The notes under the pieces: model-generated
The model's database searches: none
Seen by the model: only the letters and a program-made list of their open reading frames with translations
Told to the model about the DNA's origin: nothing
Shown: piece by piece, positions 63,965 through 64,000 of the stretch
Layout: each line of letters begins with the position of its first letter
How positions within the stretch are numbered: the first letter of the stretch is position 1
Assembly: GCA_964623515.1 (NCBI GenBank)
Contig: CAZURV010000009.1
Coordinates: 909 to 64,908, forward strand
Direction of reading: 5' to 3'
Origin: an uncultured Eubacteriales bacterium
Lineage (GTDB): Bacteria; Bacillota; Clostridia; Oscillospirales; Acutalibacteraceae
DNA: 64,000 bases
Made by a program: the position numbers and the translations under genes

Positions 63965-64000
63965 ATGAAAAAAATTTTTGCACTGTTCGTTTTCATTGTT
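63965..64000 (+). CDS. 5' end of a secreted/membrane protein gene, truncated by the window edge
   Basis: ATG at 63965 gives MKKIFALFVFIV.., a signal-peptide-like start, preceded by AAAGAGG. Confidence 0.4.
   Translation, partial: MKKIFALFVFIV

Overview
This 64-kb window looks like a mostly core chromosomal segment from a low-GC, endospore-forming Firmicute; the Clostridia-like assignment is an inference from gene order and protein motifs. I saw no rRNA, tRNA, CRISPR array or transposase.

Gene content in order:
- a dnaD-like/dnaC-like helicase-loader pair (minus strand)
- infC-rpmI-rplT with an L20-type attenuator leader
- a TrmH-family methyltransferase, dprA, topA and trmFO
- ACP-like gene, rnc, an ELP3-like radical SAM gene, smc and ftsY
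- yhbY-nadD-yqeK-rsfS, leuS, rpsU, yqeG, aroQ, pepP and efp
- two GPH/MFS transporters and trmB
- a gerA-type germinant receptor operon in A-C-B order
- serC plus a DUF1015 gene
- two paralogous repeat-bearing lipoproteins
- nrdD-nrdG behind tandem NrdR boxes, then dut and pepD
- a minus-strand paaK-iorA-iorB-paaK-ACT cluster
- a looser, accessory-like stretch at 52.4-60 kb: an AIM24-like gene, a membrane-tethered HTH protein, a macro-HTH fusion, a vWA protein, an orphan ArsR, a Zn-ribbon plus radical SAM pair, and an XRE plus DUF4234 pair
- fba, ogg and an LCP-like protein

Main observations:
1. Three paralogous copies of a structured RNA element of about 120-150 nt that I cannot assign to any family (3421-3572, 53091-53240, 54978-55140). 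They share conserved sequence blocks and show compensatory stem changes. One copy is the promoter-proximal leader of the AIM24-like gene. Another is terminator-coupled and sits upstream of the macro/vWA pair.
2. An in-frame FtsY-RdgB (Ham1) fusion ORF.
3. An ACP homolog, in the conserved acpP position, that lacks the phosphopantetheine-attachment serine.
4. A repeated noncoding element of about 140 nt at 57.7 and 62.2 kb.
5. An AT-rich palindromic region of about 200 bp upstream of the orphan ArsR.
6. A clean double-operator promoter for the XRE/DUF4234 pair.

All functional calls rest on motif recognition by eye; no database search was run.
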